Position numbers and translations under genes: made by a program
Shown here: positions 63,001-64,000 of the stretch, one piece after another
Numbering within the stretch: position 1 is the first letter of the stretch
Layout: every line of letters starts with the position of its first letter
Notes under the pieces: generated by a model
What the model saw: only the letters and a program-made list of their open reading frames with translations
Databases searched by the model: none
What the model was told of the DNA's origin: nothing
Origin: Amoebophrya sp. A120
Taxonomy: Eukaryota > Protista > Dinoflagellata
Direction of reading: 5' to 3'
NCBI GenBank assembly: GCA_905178155.1
Contig: CAJINV010000008.1
Coordinates: 3,398,013 to 3,462,012, forward strand
DNA length: 64,000 bases

Positions 63001-64000
63001 GAAGAACTCCGGCGTCGCGAAAGCGCAGGCGATCGAGAAGTATCAGCGGGCGTCCCTCAGCCAGCAGGACGACCGCGCGTTGCTTCTGGCGCTCCTACCG
63101 GAGGGCGCGGCGACGGTAGAGCGGCGGAACGTGTACAAGTACTTCCAGGAGAGGAAGCAAGTCCAGGTGTTCCAGAACAAAAGCTACTCCGAAATTCTGG
63201 AAATCTACGCGCGACTGCGAAACTTTTCGAAACTGCAGAAGGAGGCGATGTTTCTGTACCACGAGGTGGTCTTCGAGGGGAAGAATTTGTCGATCACGAA
63301 GAAGATATCAAGTGTAAAAATGTCTGGGTCTGGAAGATTTCGACATTTGTCATGCACATTTTGCATGACTCCTGATGTCTGTGATGCATGCCCTAGCATC
63401 AGAAATTTTTTGAGGGCTTTCTGATGCGTATCCTGCATGACAAATGCCCTCTCCGTGTAGCACAAAATCGAATCCTCTTGCTAGTCATGCAACACAGATT
63501 TTCCTAGAATCCGAAGACAGCATCAGAAGTTGCATCCTTCCAGACCCAGACATTTTTACAATCCATAGAAGAGGCAGATGTACGAAGAGTCCGTCAACCA
63601 GTGGTTCTGGACCGGCATCTATTGTGGAGAAAAATCCTCCCTCCCCATATTAAAGAGGTATGTTTCAACATCTAAAAAATTTGTGATGCTGATTTGTGGC
63701 CACAAATCCTGTCTCTCTTGCAAGAAGGCAAATCCAAAAAATCCGCCGCTTAATGGAGACGATTTGTAATGCTGTTGCACCTACATGGCAGGCCTCTGCT
63801 ATGCTAAGCGCCTACAACAAAACACCCCTACGCAGGCTGAGGCTTTGCCTGTGGTGCCTCACTGCAAGACAGGGCTGATTTGTGTACACAAATCGAGCAA
63901 CAGAAGTTTCCGCTTCAATATGTGGAGGGGAGATTTTTCACTTTGATAGCATCTTGACGCAATTGCGGTATCACAAGTACTGGAGCCTGAACAGATTACG
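57003..64000 (+). CDS. Very large protein, probable divergent TFIID subunit TAF1; runs off the right edge
   Basis: Exons 57003-62762, 62975-63305, 63573-63619, 63954->64000. Acidic N-terminus, then segments resembling the TAF1 central (DUF3591) domain in the expected order: LHHPHARLSRGTFPHFL, LVEHLSATPMVMPVRGM, SQAPVL...TDFLLIR, SCPW. Identification is by recalled motif similarity only. Confidence 0.55.
62763..62969. mobile_element. Introner (207 bp)
   Basis: TSD TCAAC, ends TAT...ATA, TIR core GAAAAAAGTGTTACAGT(G/T)ACACATT. Removal gives WTFLINAESSF. Confidence 0.93.
63306..63567. mobile_element. Introner with family C TIRs (262 bp) and a diverged interior
   Basis: TSD GAAGA, TIR core TGTAAAAATGTCTGGGTCTGGAAG. 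Removal gives SITKKRQMYEES. Confidence 0.93.
63620..63948. mobile_element. Introner (329 bp)
   Basis: TSD GCATC, ends TAT...ATA, TIR core GAAAAATC..CCCTCC.CATATT. Removal gives WFWTGILTQLRYHK. Confidence 0.9.

Noticed and set aside
1-64000. Autonomous transposase, tRNA/rRNA genes, dinoflagellate spliced-leader relics
   Set aside because: None recognised by eye; tRNAscan, Infernal and HMM searches would be needed to exclude them.

Overview
Eukaryotic nuclear DNA from a compact, GC-rich genome. The architecture best fits a parasitic syndinian dinoflagellate such as Amoebophrya; this is an inference, not a database match. One minus-strand gene runs off the left edge. A divergent strand-switch region with a ~31-bp A-tract satellite follows, then a co-oriented plus-strand cluster: class-V PLP C-S lyase, Dispatched/Patched-like RND protein, DTW protein, mid-SUN (SLP1/SUCO-like) protein, BTB-BACK protein, lipase maturation factor, PP2C, CDP-DAG synthase, a CXXS-type PDI and a probable TAF1. 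The main signal is a system of mobile non-canonical introns (introners). About 20 elements of 150-720 bp share one grammar: a 5-bp target-site duplication (TSD), TAT...ATA termini, terminal inverted repeats (TIRs) often built as TAT-N7-A-tract, and a recurring internal YTGTVATGC motif. Removing an element plus one TSD copy restores the reading frame in every case checked. Three families recur in the window, two of them in both orientations. A duplicated PP2C exon segment gives a filled and an empty site side by side, next to an array of hairpins that pair CAGGTAAG with a U1-like CTTACCTG. Exon borders were derived by hand and can slide within the TSDs.
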